Shown here: in pieces, positions 34,439 to 44,572 of the stretch
Position numbering within the stretch: position 1 is the first letter of the stretch
Layout: each line of letters starts with the position of its first letter
Assembly (NCBI GenBank): GCA_003663325.1
Contig: QMZT01000001.1
Span: forward strand, 15,366-79,365
From: Candidatus Aenigmatarchaeota archaeon
GTDB taxonomy: Archaea; Aenigmatarchaeota; Aenigmatarchaeia; QMZP01; QMZT01
Direction of reading: 5' to 3'
DNA length: 64,000 nt
Notes under the pieces: model-generated
The model's input: only the letters and a program-made list of their open reading frames with translations
The model's database searches: none
Told to the model about the DNA's origin: nothing
Translations under genes and position numbers: made by a program

Positions 34439-35531
34439 AGTGATAAGTGTTATTATACCGGTTTATAAGGAATCCCCCTACCTAGAGAAACTTATAAAAT
34501 GCCTTTCAGCCCAGCATGCGGATAAGGAAATTATTGTTATAATAGATGAACCAACGAAGGCCTCTCTTGAGCTCGTTAATAAATTCAAGGAAATAAAATT
34601 CATTTTAAATCGCAAAAGAATGGGAAAGGTGGCTGCATTAAACAAAGCGGCAAAAATCACAAGAGGAGAGATACTGCTTTTTCTTGATGCAGATGTAGAG
34701 ATAAATGATAATGAGTTTTTGAAAAAATTGGAATTGGAAATGAGGGATGCAGAGTTCATAGATATTAAAAAGGTTGTTGTCAAGGATTCATTCTTATCGA
34801 GAATGACATACTATGAATACCTTGGCTTTAACATAGGCTCGTACCTCCTTTCCCGTTTCCTAAGAAAGTGTCCAGCTGTTAATGGTTCTGCATTTGCCGT
34901 AAAAAGGTATGTGTTTGAGAAAATAGGGGGTTTTAGAAAGGTTATAGTAGAGGATGTAGATATAGCAACAAGGGCATTTGTTAATGGATACGCATTCAAA
35001 TACTTACCCAATATTCATGTTTACAATCACGTACCTAAGACATGGTGGGCGTGGATAGAGCAAAGAAAAAGATGGTCTATAGGGACTGCCCTTTGGTTCA
35101 GAGAGTGGTATAAAGAAATGATAGGCATCGCTATAAAAAAACCAGAAATAGTCTTACCAGCTTTGCTTTTTGTTTTTCCAGCCGTTGTTATAGTAATCGT
35201 CAATATTTTCATACCTAATTTATGGGTTTACAAACTACTATCGTTGGTGTTTATTTTCTTTGCCATAAAGTTTAACATTATGTTTCCCTTGCTTATGTTA
35301 ACAACCGTGGGTATTAATATTGTAAAGAATTTATTTATCTTGCTTGCGAGCTTTCTTTTCTTCGCTTTCCTCTTCTTTTATTTCTCACGAAGGCTTGGCT
35401 TTCACTTTAATTTACAGGAATTTCTTCTCTACTATATGTTCTATTCAATTCTCTCGCTTTTCATACTTATTGTTGGCTTTATGAGTGTGTTTATATTGAG
35501 GAAAAGTAAGATAGAAGGATGGAAAGTTTAG
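34428..35531 (+). CDS. glycosyltransferase family 2 with C-terminal membrane domain
   Basis: 'VSVIIPVYKE', 'LLFLDADVE', 'QRKRWSIG' (QxxRW-like), then multiple TMs. 11-nt overlap with the GT4 gene. Confidence 0.8.
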   Translation: MRGRVISVIIPVYKESPYLEKLIKCLSAQHADKEIIVIIDEPTKASLELVNKFKEIKFILNRKRMGKVAALNKAAKITRGEILLFLDADVEINDNEFLKKLELEMRDAEFIDIKKVVVKDSFLSRMTYYEYLGFNIGSYLLSRFLRKCPAVNGSAFAVKRYVFEKIGGFRKVIVEDVDIATRAFVNGYAFKYLPNIHVYNHVPKTWWAWIEQRKRWSIGTALWFREWYKEMIGIAIKKPEIVLPALLFVFPAVVIVIVNIFIPNLWVYKLLSLVFIFFAIKFNIMFPLLMLTTVGINIVKNLFILLASFLFFAFLFFYFSRRLGFHFNLQEFLLYYMFYSILSLFILIVGFMSVFILRKSKIEGWKV

Positions 35532-35533
35532 TA

Positions 35534-37885
35534 TTAGCTCTGATTTATTCTCCTTACAATCGTTGCCCCTTCTGTTTCTTTGTTTCTTTCCAGCTTATAA
35601 ATGGCTCCTGTTACAGAATCTGCAAGCATTTCATCATGTGTAATAATGAACACCTGTTCAACAAGATCATTTATTTTCTCTCTTAGCGCGTAGCCAAAAT
35701 GCTCTATCGCGTTCCTATCAAGATTATGTGTAGGCTCATCCAAAATTAACCATCTGAGATTCGGTGTGAATGCAAGGGAAAAGGCTATTCTTAGGGCAAG
35801 ACTAGCCAATGTTCTCTCACCCCCAGATGCCTTTTCAATGTTTATTGGACCTTTTGCACTAAATAGCTTTAATATGTAATCGTTATCCTCAAAATATATA
35901 CCAATTCTATCGAAATCTGGATATGGATAAAGCTCTTCCCATACAGCATTCATAACATTATTTATTGTTTCAAGAAACCTCTCTCTTAGCTGCGTTTGTG
36001 TATTAACAACGACCTCAATAAAGCTATCCATTTTCTTTATTATCTCGTTGAGTTGCTTCACTTCTGCCGAGTACTTATTGTACAATTCTATATCCTTTCT
36101 GTAATATTCCAACGCATTTCTTTTTTCTTTCTCTAACGCATTTAAAGATCTCACCCTTTCTCTAAGCTTCCCCTCTTCCCATACGATCTTGTTAAGTTTT
36201 GATTTGAGATCCTCAAAGTCTATCTTAGCTAGCCAATTTTTAATATGTTCTATTTCTTTCTCCGAACTCTCAATATCACTCTTCATTTTTGTTATTCTTT
36301 GCCTATCCTCCTCAATACCCTTCTTTATAATCTCCATCTCCATAACCTCTCTTTCCTTTATTATTTCACCCTCCAGCTTCTCTCTCGCTTTGTTTAAGGA
36401 ATCCATGCTGGCTTTAATATCTGCTACCCTTTCCTCTATCTGCTCTCTTAATATTGCTATTTCCTTTTCATTATTCTTTACCTCCTCCTCTATGTTACCA
36501 ATTTCCTTGAGTTTATTTTTTGCATTGATGAGATCTTCATAATCACGCTCACAGGCATCCCTTTCCTTTTCAACACTCGCCATTTCCTTTTTCTTCACCT
36601 CGATCGCTTTCTCCCACCTCTCTAATAACTCTTTCTTCTCTTTTATTATCTCCTCCTTTCTTTTATCATCAAGCAAAGAATTGCATACAGGGCATTTTCC
36701 CTTGGCACGGGCTAAATCATCAATAGAGGATTTTGTTTCTTCGATCCTTGCCTCTAAGTGTGCGATTTGATTGCCAATTTTCTCTACTATTTCCTTCTTG
36801 CTCTCTATCACCTCTTCTATAGCTACCTTGTACTTGCTCTCTATTTGCTTGATAATACGCTCAGCCTTTAATTTCTCTTCCCTTGCTATTTCCATATCTT
36901 TTATTTGTCTTTCAAGAACACTTACTCTAGCGTTCTTTTCTGCTATCTCTTTCCTCGAACTATCCAAGTACTTCTCAAGCCTGCTTATCTCATCCCTTAG
37001 CAACGCTATATTTTTTCTAACATCTTCAATATTTTCTGAGATCCCGACCTTGCTAAGCTTCTCAATCTTCTTCTTCAACTCATTCTCTACCTCGTTTACT
37101 TTTGATTTTAGGCTCTCTACGAACCTTTCTTTGGTATGAAGCACTTCACTATTCTTTTCATATGCATGAATAGTATTGGCTAACTCTTCTCTTTTTTTGG
37201 AAAGTGCTGATAGCCTTTTACCCACATTCTCCTGCTCTTTCTTTAAATTTTCTATTTCTTTCTCCAGCTTATTAACAATCTCCTCAACACCCTTCTTTTT
37301 AATATCATCCAGAACCTTGATTTTGCTTTTTTGCTCATCTATCAGCCTATTTTTTATCTTTACAGAACTTTCTCTAACCCTTTCATACCTATCTAACCTT
37401 AGCATATCATCTATTTGTTCCCTTCTCGCACCTCTTGGTATCCTGAGAAAATTCTCTAACCCGTTTTGCTCGGAATAGACAGCTCTAGAGAATAAATCAT
37501 AGTCCAAGCTTAGTATTCTTCTAACCTCTCTTTCCACAGCCTTCGGACCAACCTCTAATAGCTTGTTATTCTCTCTTATCTCTGCGTGGCTTTTCTTGTT
37601 CCTATCCACCACCCTTTTTATATAGTAGGCTTTACCATTGGCTACAAACTCCAATTCTATAACAGCTTCGTTCATTCTTTTAGGCTTCTCCATTATCATA
37701 TCCTCTATTTTTACCTTTCTTGAGGCAAGAGAGGGAAAGTTTCCAAAGAGGGCAAAAGATATGGCTTGCATAACACTACTTTTTCCCGATCCCATAATAC
37801 CTATTAGTGCATTAACACCCCTACTAAATTCAAATTCTGAGTTAAGATGGGATTTCCAGCCAACAAGTTTGATCCTTGTAATCAT
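35534..37885 (-). CDS. rad50: DNA double-strand break repair ATPase Rad50
   Basis: Walker A 'GIMGSGKSS', long coiled coil with zinc hook 'GKCPVCNS', signature 'SGGERTLASLALR', Walker B 'WLILDEPTHNLD'. Confidence 0.9.
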   Translation of the reverse strand: MITRIKLVGWKSHLNSEFEFSRGVNALIGIMGSGKSSVMQAISFALFGNFPSLASRKVKIEDMIMEKPKRMNEAVIELEFVANGKAYYIKRVVDRNKKSHAEIRENNKLLEVGPKAVEREVRRILSLDYDLFSRAVYSEQNGLENFLRIPRGARREQIDDMLRLDRYERVRESSVKIKNRLIDEQKSKIKVLDDIKKKGVEEIVNKLEKEIENLKKEQENVGKRLSALSKKREELANTIHAYEKNSEVLHTKERFVESLKSKVNEVENELKKKIEKLSKVGISENIEDVRKNIALLRDEISRLEKYLDSSRKEIAEKNARVSVLERQIKDMEIAREEKLKAERIIKQIESKYKVAIEEVIESKKEIVEKIGNQIAHLEARIEETKSSIDDLARAKGKCPVCNSLLDDKRKEEIIKEKKELLERWEKAIEVKKKEMASVEKERDACERDYEDLINAKNKLKEIGNIEEEVKNNEKEIAILREQIEERVADIKASMDSLNKAREKLEGEIIKEREVMEMEIIKKGIEEDRQRITKMKSDIESSEKEIEHIKNWLAKIDFEDLKSKLNKIVWEEGKLRERVRSLNALEKEKRNALEYYRKDIELYNKYSAEVKQLNEIIKKMDSFIEVVVNTQTQLRERFLETINNVMNAVWEELYPYPDFDRIGIYFEDNDYILKLFSAKGPINIEKASGGERTLASLALRIAFSLAFTPNLRWLILDEPTHNLDRNAIEHFGYALREKINDLVEQVFIITHDEMLADSVTGAIYKLERNKETEGATIVRRINQS

Positions 37886-38098
37886 ACAATCATAGAATTA
37901 TTTGTAGGTTTATTAAAAATTTAATTATATTCTAATATGGCGATGCTGAGTTTAATTTAGAAGGAAATAGGTACGAGGTGGGCATCATTTCTTGCACATC
38001 AGGGCTTATGAAACCAAGACCTCGCCAATACCTCTTAATCCCGTAACAAATCCGAGGATCGTACCTAAGAAAAATGTGTTAGCGTGTTTGCACGGCTA

Positions 38099-38434
38099 TT
38101 ATAGTTTTCCACTCAAATAATCCTTTAGGATGTCTTTAATTTTTCTTGGTTTAGTTATAATTGTCTTTACTTTAAGTTTTTCAAACCAACTCATTGCTCT
38201 AGGTCCCATTCCTCCAGCAATGATAACATCTACCTTTTGCTTTACAATAAATTGCGGAATTATACCTGGCTCATGTCTATTGAAAAACGGATTTTCCTTT
38301 ATTTCTACATTTTTTATATCGTTATTTTCTATTTCAACAAAAAGATAATACGGACATCTACCTAAATGGCATGATAATGTACTTTCTAGTCCTTTATTTT
38401 CTTCACTTGCGAATGCTATTTTCATTATTCCCAT
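38099..38434 (-). CDS. NifB/NifX-family (dinitrogenase Fe-Mo cofactor-like fold) small protein
   Basis: 'MKIAFASE...GHLGRCPYYLFVEI...VDVIIAGGMGPRA' pattern of the MTH1175-like family. Confidence 0.65.
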   Translation of the reverse strand: MGIMKIAFASEENKGLESTLSCHLGRCPYYLFVEIENNDIKNVEIKENPFFNRHEPGIIPQFIVKQKVDVIIAGGMGPRAMSWFEKLKVKTIITKPRKIKDILKDYLSGKL

Positions 38435-38752
38435 CTTTCAATATTTTAGAATTTTTCCCCGCTCTTTTGTTTATAAGCCTATAATAAACACTTTTCCATC
38501 TCTTCTTGATCTAACTATCCCCATATTTTCAATTTTGCCGGTTGAATCGAACAGTTGATCATTTCTTTTTTATAGGGAATATTTTTAAGCGGTTTCATCA
38601 CTTAATGCATTGAATATCTTTAGTTCATGTCCCATATTGATATATTGATATAGATATAAATTTAAAATCCCAAATCCTCTAAAACAAAAACACTTTCTGA
38701 CTTATACGGGATATTATTCTTTATTTTTTTAATACCAAATCAAAAATTAAAT

Positions 38753-39892
38753 ATGAGAATAGCTGTGCTGTCAGACCTTCATCTAGGTTATGGAAATAAT
38801 ACCGAGAGGTACGAGGATAGCTTTAATGCTGCGAAGGAGGCATTGGACAAAGCGAGGCATGCGGATGTTATATTAATAGCTGGAGATATATTTGATGCCC
38901 GTGATCCAAGCTCTGATGTGTTTGCAAGGGCAATGGAGATTTTTGTAGAAATGAAAAGGTATGAGAGCAAGGCAAAAATAATAGAATGCTGCAAGAAACT
39001 TCCAAAAACAGCAACCATTGGCATACCAATAATAGCTATACATGGAACGCATGAAAGAAGAGCGAGGGGGCTTATAAATCCTGTCGAAACAATGGAGAAA
39101 GCAGGATTGCTTATACATTTGCATTGCAGCGGTGTCGGAGTTGAGAAAGATGGTGAAAGGATTTTTATACAGGGCCTCTCTGGTGTACCAGAACAATACA
39201 CGTTAGCAGCGCTAAAAAAATGCGATTTCAGGCCAAAACAGGGATACTTTAACATATTCCTTTTTCACCAATCACTAAAGGAATTTGTATATGACCCAAG
39301 GGGTATAGAAATAAACCAATTGCCTGGTGGGTTTGATGTTTACGTATGCGGTCATGTGCATGAGAGCGCTGTAAAGAAATTGGAAAAAGGTGTGCTTTTA
39401 ATACCCGGATCAACTATACCAACACAGATACTAAAGAATAACCCAACCTTTGGCTTCTGGATGTTTGATGTTATTGATAATAACATAGCTAACTTGCATT
39501 TTGTCGAGCTAGAAAATCAGAGAAAGGTTTATGTTATAAGCGCAACAAGTCCATCTGAAGTGATTAAAAAAATTGATGAGATACTGGCAGGCATGCATGA
39601 TAAAAAGCCAATAATTAGGGTAGATGCAAACCTAAGCCAGCATGAGATAGATATGATAAAAAGTAAATATGAAGGTAAAGCGCTAATGATCTTAAAGGGG
39701 TTGGAGAGAAAGATAGAGGTTGGAAGGATAAGTATAGATGAGCAGATAATGTCTGTTGAAGAACTTGGAAGGATAATCTTAAGGGAGAATATGGAAAAAA
39801 GAGGGCTTGATGCGAAGGTGTTTGAAGAGGTATTTGAGCTTTTGGAGAATGGGAAGATAGAGGATGCAATAAAATTCTTAAAACAAACATGA
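38753..39892 (+). CDS. mre11: DNA double-strand break repair nuclease Mre11
   Basis: Phosphoesterase motifs 'LSDLHLGYG', 'IAGDIFD', 'AIHGTHE', 'FLFHQ', 'CGHVHE'. Confidence 0.85.
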   Translation: MRIAVLSDLHLGYGNNTERYEDSFNAAKEALDKARHADVILIAGDIFDARDPSSDVFARAMEIFVEMKRYESKAKIIECCKKLPKTATIGIPIIAIHGTHERRARGLINPVETMEKAGLLIHLHCSGVGVEKDGERIFIQGLSGVPEQYTLAALKKCDFRPKQGYFNIFLFHQSLKEFVYDPRGIEINQLPGGFDVYVCGHVHESAVKKLEKGVLLIPGSTIPTQILKNNPTFGFWMFDVIDNNIANLHFVELENQRKVYVISATSPSEVIKKIDEILAGMHDKKPIIRVDANLSQHEIDMIKSKYEGKALMILKGLERKIEVGRISIDEQIMSVEELGRIILRENMEKRGLDAKVFEEVFELLENGKIEDAIKFLKQT

Positions 39893-39915
39893 ATTTTTGG
39901 TAAATATAAAATCGG

Positions 39916-40830
39916 CTATTCTATTATCTCTGCATCATCCACCCTTCCATCACCATTCAGATCAAGACCTCTAACAACATGCGATATGCTGTTTCTTCTA
40001 AATTTGTTTCCATGTAATATTTTTTCCGGATATCTTATAAACGCAACAACGGCCGCCATTGTTCCTTGAAAACGCTTGCCGGCAAGCACTATAATCTTTT
40101 TATTTTTGTTAAATGGATTTTTTATGAGATTGGCAATGCCTATTTCATCCTCCACATACCTTTTTCCACTTATCTTTGATACTATGTCCCTCTCATGACC
40201 CATGTCAAAATAAATATCCATGTGTTTGTTGATAGCCTTTGTTACCATATTCACCGATGGGCCGCCAACAACTATTAGATTCTCTCTTAACTCCTTTTCT
40301 TTAACCTCGGTATCAAGCTTGTAACATTCTGAGTTCGCATGGTTCATGAACGTGCCTAAATAAAGGGCAAGGTCTATCGCGCACGTTGCATCTGTGGCTC
40401 TCGCATTAAAGGGGCCATGAGGGTCTGGAGAACCAACCACGATCTTGAAATTTTGTCGCCCTTCCTTTATGAATGGTTCAAAAATAATAGAAGGCTTTTT
40501 AACCCATGTAGCATTTTTAAAATCATGATCAACTATGAAGGCATAAGCCTTTTTAGAGATCTTATAAAATTTCGCAACTGTCCCATGTCTTTGCTCTCTA
40601 TCAACTTCTTTTAATAAGCCAAGCTTTATAAACCTTCTTACATAGTAATAAACCTTCTGCTCATGCATACCCAATCTTTTTGAAACGTCTATAGGGCATG
40701 AAGGCTTTATAAATTCTTTAAGCACTAACCACCCTGTTTTATTTGTTATCGCATCATATCCAATAAGGTCTTTAAGTATCTTAACCTCTATTACCTTAAC
40801 ACCTTTCTCTGTGTCTATGATGTACTTCAT
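39916..40830 (-). CDS. winged-helix DNA-binding-domain protein with large C-terminal domain and terminal EF-hand-type loop
   Basis: 'VSKRLGMHEQKVYYYVRRFIKLGLLKEV' (wHTH). 'LIVVGGPSVNMVTKAIN' segment. C-terminal 'DLNGDGRVDDAE' fits DxNxDGxxDxxE. Confidence 0.5.
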   Translation of the reverse strand: MKYIIDTEKGVKVIEVKILKDLIGYDAITNKTGWLVLKEFIKPSCPIDVSKRLGMHEQKVYYYVRRFIKLGLLKEVDREQRHGTVAKFYKISKKAYAFIVDHDFKNATWVKKPSIIFEPFIKEGRQNFKIVVGSPDPHGPFNARATDATCAIDLALYLGTFMNHANSECYKLDTEVKEKELRENLIVVGGPSVNMVTKAINKHMDIYFDMGHERDIVSKISGKRYVEDEIGIANLIKNPFNKNKKIIVLAGKRFQGTMAAVVAFIRYPEKILHGNKFRRNSISHVVRGLDLNGDGRVDDAEIIE

Positions 40831-40969
40831 AATATCACAAAAAATCTAAATATTATAATTTTTACTTTAATAAAATTTAAAAAGTATTTAGCACTGGTGT
40901 TCTTTGGTATAAATTTTTATTTAGTAAAGCGTTTAAATAACCTCCTATTTCTCTAAAATTAGTGAGTCT

Positions 40970-42199
40970 ATGGTAAGCACGCTGAGCGTGTTCAGGGAGT
41001 ATGATATAAGGGGAAGGGTTGGAGAAGAAATAAATACTGAGTTTTGTTATGAAGTGGGAAGGGCGTTAGCAACAGTATACAAAAAACTTGTAATAGGGAT
41101 GGATAAAAGGGAAAGTTCTAAGGATATTTATAAAGCTGTGATAGATGGTATGCTTGATTCTGGTGGGAATGTTATAACACTTTCTGTTTTGCCTACACCC
41201 GTTGTTGCTTTTACTGCAAAAAAACTTAACTGTTACGGTGTACAGATAACCGCTTCGCACAACCCAAAAGGGTACAATGGTATGAAGATTTTTTCAAATA
41301 TGGGGAGAGCATTAAGTAGGGGCGAAAGGTGTTTTGAGCAGGTTTACTTTAAAAGGAAGTGGGTAAAGGGGAACGGGAGTGTCGAGAGGTATAACGCAAA
41401 AAAAGCATATATTAACGCATTCCCAAAGAAGAATCTCAAGCTAAGTGTTGTTATAGATATTGGTGATGGTGTTGGAGAATTTATGGGGAAGGTGTTGAAG
41501 AGGATTGGTTGCAAGGTAAGGATTATAAGGGGTGTGAGGTTCAAATACAACCCGTCTGTAGAAAATATAACAACGTTGAAAGAGTTATCATCAACATGCG
41601 ATGCAGGCTTTGCTGTGGATGGGGATTGTGACAGACTTATGGTTGTGGATGAAAAGGGGAATGTGGTAGATATTAACAGGCTCATAATTCTGTTTTCAAA
41701 GGGAAAGGAGATAGTGACCACATTTGAAACGAGCAATATGATTGAAAGATACGCAAAGGTAAAAAGAGTAAAGACTGGGGATACGTTTATCTCTAGGGAG
41801 CTTAGGAGAAGCAACGCGTTACTTGGTGCCGAGGCAAGTGGTCACTTTTTATGGAAGGAGTGGCTTCTCTATTCCGACCCCATATACACCTCTTACAAAC
41901 TGCTATCTATGATGAATAATGAAAAAAAGCCCCTATCTGAACTTTTGGCATCCACGCCGGAGATATTTGTGGAAAGATTTAACATGCCCTATGCAAGTGG
42001 ATGGGAAGAAAGATTGAGTAAATGGAGATGTGTAAATACTGGGGATGGGGTAAAGATAATATTTGAGAAAGGTTACGGGTTTATAAGAAGATCTGTAACA
42101 GAAGGCGTTTTGAGAGTGACAATAGAAAGCAAGGACAGAAGGTATCTAAGTTATATGAGGAGCATGTTGGAAAATGCTTTAAATATTAAAAAGATTTAA
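40970..42199 (+). CDS. phosphohexomutase (phosphoglucosamine/phosphomanno/phosphoglucomutase family)
   Basis: 'FREYDIRG', active-site 'QITASHNPKGYNGMK', metal loop 'GFAVDGDCDR', 'GAEASGH'. Confidence 0.85.
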   Translation: MVSTLSVFREYDIRGRVGEEINTEFCYEVGRALATVYKKLVIGMDKRESSKDIYKAVIDGMLDSGGNVITLSVLPTPVVAFTAKKLNCYGVQITASHNPKGYNGMKIFSNMGRALSRGERCFEQVYFKRKWVKGNGSVERYNAKKAYINAFPKKNLKLSVVIDIGDGVGEFMGKVLKRIGCKVRIIRGVRFKYNPSVENITTLKELSSTCDAGFAVDGDCDRLMVVDEKGNVVDINRLIILFSKGKEIVTTFETSNMIERYAKVKRVKTGDTFISRELRRSNALLGAEASGHFLWKEWLLYSDPIYTSYKLLSMMNNEKKPLSELLASTPEIFVERFNMPYASGWEERLSKWRCVNTGDGVKIIFEKGYGFIRRSVTEGVLRVTIESKDRRYLSYMRSMLENALNIKKI

Positions 42200-42214
42200 T
42201 CGGAATATGTTAAA

Positions 42215-42841
42215 ATGAAGTTAAAGGCGATAATATTTGATATGGACGGGGTTTTGGTCGATCCAAGGGAAACCGCTTATCACTTGTTTTTACATATTGC
42301 AAAAAGGTTTGGGTATAAAGAGCCAGGTAAAGAAGAGGTCATAAGGTTGATAGGTATAAAGATAGAGAAGATCATAGAAAGGTTGTTTGGCGTAGATAAG
42401 CAAGAAGCTTTACGGATTAAACAGCTAGTGATTAGCATGTTTGATGAGTATAATGATAGGTATGGAAAGGTTATAGATAGCGTGGAGAGGGTTTTATCCA
42501 CGCTTAAATACAAAAAGGCTATTGTGTCTAATAGCACAAAGCCGATTGTGCTAAAAACACTTGAAAGATTCAACTTGGAAAAATTCTTTGATGTCATTAT
42601 TACATCAGATGACGTTAGAAAGGAGAAACCAGATCCTGAAGCTTTGCTGTTAGCGATAAAGAAGATGGGGGTAAGTAAGGATGAATGCGTGTTTGTTGGC
42701 GATACAAAAATTGATATGCTTGCAGCAAATAATGCGGGAATAAAATTTATAGGTGTATTAAGCGGGATAGGCAAAAAGGATGAGTTTGGCAACGAAGTTG
42801 TTATACCTTCAATAAAATATTTGCAGGCTGTGGTTTCATGA
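42215..42841 (+). CDS. HAD-superfamily phosphatase
   Basis: 'AIIFDMDGVLVD', 'IVSNS', 'KEKPDPE', 'VGDTKIDMLAANNAG'. Confidence 0.8.
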   Translation: MKLKAIIFDMDGVLVDPRETAYHLFLHIAKRFGYKEPGKEEVIRLIGIKIEKIIERLFGVDKQEALRIKQLVISMFDEYNDRYGKVIDSVERVLSTLKYKKAIVSNSTKPIVLKTLERFNLEKFFDVIITSDDVRKEKPDPEALLLAIKKMGVSKDECVFVGDTKIDMLAANNAGIKFIGVLSGIGKKDEFGNEVVIPSIKYLQAVVS

Positions 42842-43530
42842 AGATACTTATACTCGCTGCAGGAAAAGGTGTAAGGCTGAGGCCGCTAACACTTAAGAGA
42901 CCAAAACCACTCATAGAGATAAACGGTAAGCCTTTTCTCTCTTATCTTTTAGAAAATATAAACGAGGCTGGGTTTAGGGATATAGGGGTTGTTGTTAATT
43001 ATAAAAAAGAGATGATAATAGATTTTTTGAAAGAAAATGGGATAGAAGCAGAGATTATACCACAACCAAAATTGCTTGGAACAGGAAATGCTATTTTATG
43101 TGCGGAGAAATGGGCTAATGGAGAGGAGTTTGTTGTAGTAAATGGAGATTGCTTATACTCTAGTAGGGATATGGCTATGCTTAGAAAGAAGGACGGGCTT
43201 AATTACGTAGTCGCAACCTTCCACAATAACCCTGAGAGATATGGTGTAATTATAGAGAAGGATGGTATGCTGGAAAGAATAGTTGAAAAACCAAGGGTAT
43301 TTGTTGGAAACAAGATAAACACAGGGCTTTACAAGTTCACAAAGGATATATTTGATGCTTTAAGGAAGATAAGGGTATCGGAAAGGGGGGAGTATGAGGT
43401 TACAGATGCTATAAATATCTTATGTAAAGATAGGCGTGTTAAAGTAGTAAACATAATAGACTATTGGCTTGAATTGGGAAAAATTAGTGATATAAAGGTT
43501 TTAGAAAAGGTCTTGAAGGAATTAAAATAA
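42838..43530 (+). CDS. sugar-1-phosphate nucleotidyltransferase
   Basis: 'MKILILAAGKGVRLRPLTLKRPKPL'. ATGA overlap with the HAD gene. Confidence 0.8.
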   Translation: MKILILAAGKGVRLRPLTLKRPKPLIEINGKPFLSYLLENINEAGFRDIGVVVNYKKEMIIDFLKENGIEAEIIPQPKLLGTGNAILCAEKWANGEEFVVVNGDCLYSSRDMAMLRKKDGLNYVVATFHNNPERYGVIIEKDGMLERIVEKPRVFVGNKINTGLYKFTKDIFDALRKIRVSERGEYEVTDAINILCKDRRVKVVNIIDYWLELGKISDIKVLEKVLKELK

Positions 43531-44019
43531 AGACATTAACGAGATAAAAGCTGGACCAATCATGCTGCCTACGTATGCTGCAATAATAAATTGAAAGAAC
43601 CTGCCTATTGTTGCAGCCAATAAAAAGGGCTTTATATTCATTCTAAATATACCCCCAGCCCATGTAAAGACCTTGAAAGGTATTGGTGTGAATGCAGCAA
43701 TTAAAATTGCACAGGCTCCATATTTCTTAAACCACCTTTCAACCCTATCTATATGTTTCCCCTTGAATAGCTTCAGGGCAAAGGGATAGCCAAGATACCA
43801 TCCGAGAGCAAAGCCTATCAATGCACCAATAACAGAACCAATAGTTGCTATTATAGTTGTTATTAATGGATCAAGACCAAGGGCTGTGGATGGTGTGATT
43901 ATAACAGCTGTGGGCACAGGAAATATAAAGGATTCGAGAACAGCAATGACGAATGTTCCAAAGAGCCCATAAGATAGTACAAAATTCTGCGCAAGCATTA
44001 TAAATTCATTCAAGACCAT
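43522..44019 (-). CDS. DedA/VTT-domain membrane protein
   Basis: 'GLFGTFVIAVLESFIFPVP' and a polytopic profile. Confidence 0.65.
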   Translation of the reverse strand: MVLNEFIMLAQNFVLSYGLFGTFVIAVLESFIFPVPTAVIITPSTALGLDPLITTIIATIGSVIGALIGFALGWYLGYPFALKLFKGKHIDRVERWFKKYGACAILIAAFTPIPFKVFTWAGGIFRMNIKPFLLAATIGRFFQFIIAAYVGSMIGPAFISLMSLF

Positions 44020-44046
44020 ATTATTCTTTATACCGAAATTATTATA

Positions 44047-44517
44047 TTATTTTCTTATCTCACAAAATACGACACCAACCTTGCTCAATACCTTCTTTAA
44101 ATCATTGCCGTGCATTTGTATGCTAACTTCATTAAGCCCTGCGTTAAAATCTACCATATCGTTAGCAAATATCCCAATATCAGCAAATATCTCTAGCTTT
44201 GTTTTATGTCCAAATGGCGGCACAGCACCAATTTTGCAATTCGTAACGGCAAACACTTCTTTTGGGCTTGCAAGTTTTGGCTTACCACCGACTAATTTTT
44301 TTAATTTCTTGGTATCAACCTTCCTATCAGCAGGAACAAGAGCAACTACAAATTTTTCTTTAAGCTTGAATACCATAGCCTTTACACCCTGCCTTAGCTC
44401 GACACCCCTTGCCCTCGCGGCCTCTTCAGAGGTAAAAACAGGTTTATGCTTGATTACCTTAAACCACGAATTTGTTTCCTTAAGAATCCCTTTAATCCTT
44501 TCAAACTCTTCTTTCAT
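44047..44517 (-). CDS. YbaK/ProX-type aminoacyl-tRNA deacylase domain protein
   Basis: Start moved to 'MKEEFERIKG'. 'FTSEEAARARGVELRQGVKAMVFK', 'VVALVPADRKVDTKKLKK', 'GAVPPFGH'. Confidence 0.7.
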   Translation of the reverse strand: MKEEFERIKGILKETNSWFKVIKHKPVFTSEEAARARGVELRQGVKAMVFKLKEKFVVALVPADRKVDTKKLKKLVGGKPKLASPKEVFAVTNCKIGAVPPFGHKTKLEIFADIGIFANDMVDFNAGLNEVSIQMHGNDLKKVLSKVGVVFCEIRK

Positions 44518-44572
44518 TAAATAGAATTTCCCCTCTATCCTAAAATAATTAACTTGTAAATTATAATTTAGT

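Noticed and set aside
36189-37478. Three 100-122-aa plus-strand ORFs inside rad50
   Set aside because: Their Ser/Leu/Phe/Ile low-complexity products are the antisense reading of the Lys/Glu-rich Rad50 coiled coil. There are no starts with ribosome-binding context and no motifs.
37935-38070. 5S rRNA or tRNA in the rad50 upstream gap
   Set aside because: A 6/7 acceptor-like pairing (GGCGATG/CCTCGCC) exists, but no D arm, anticodon arm or T arm can be drawn and no 5S loop motifs are present. It is kept only as an unclassified structured-RNA candidate.
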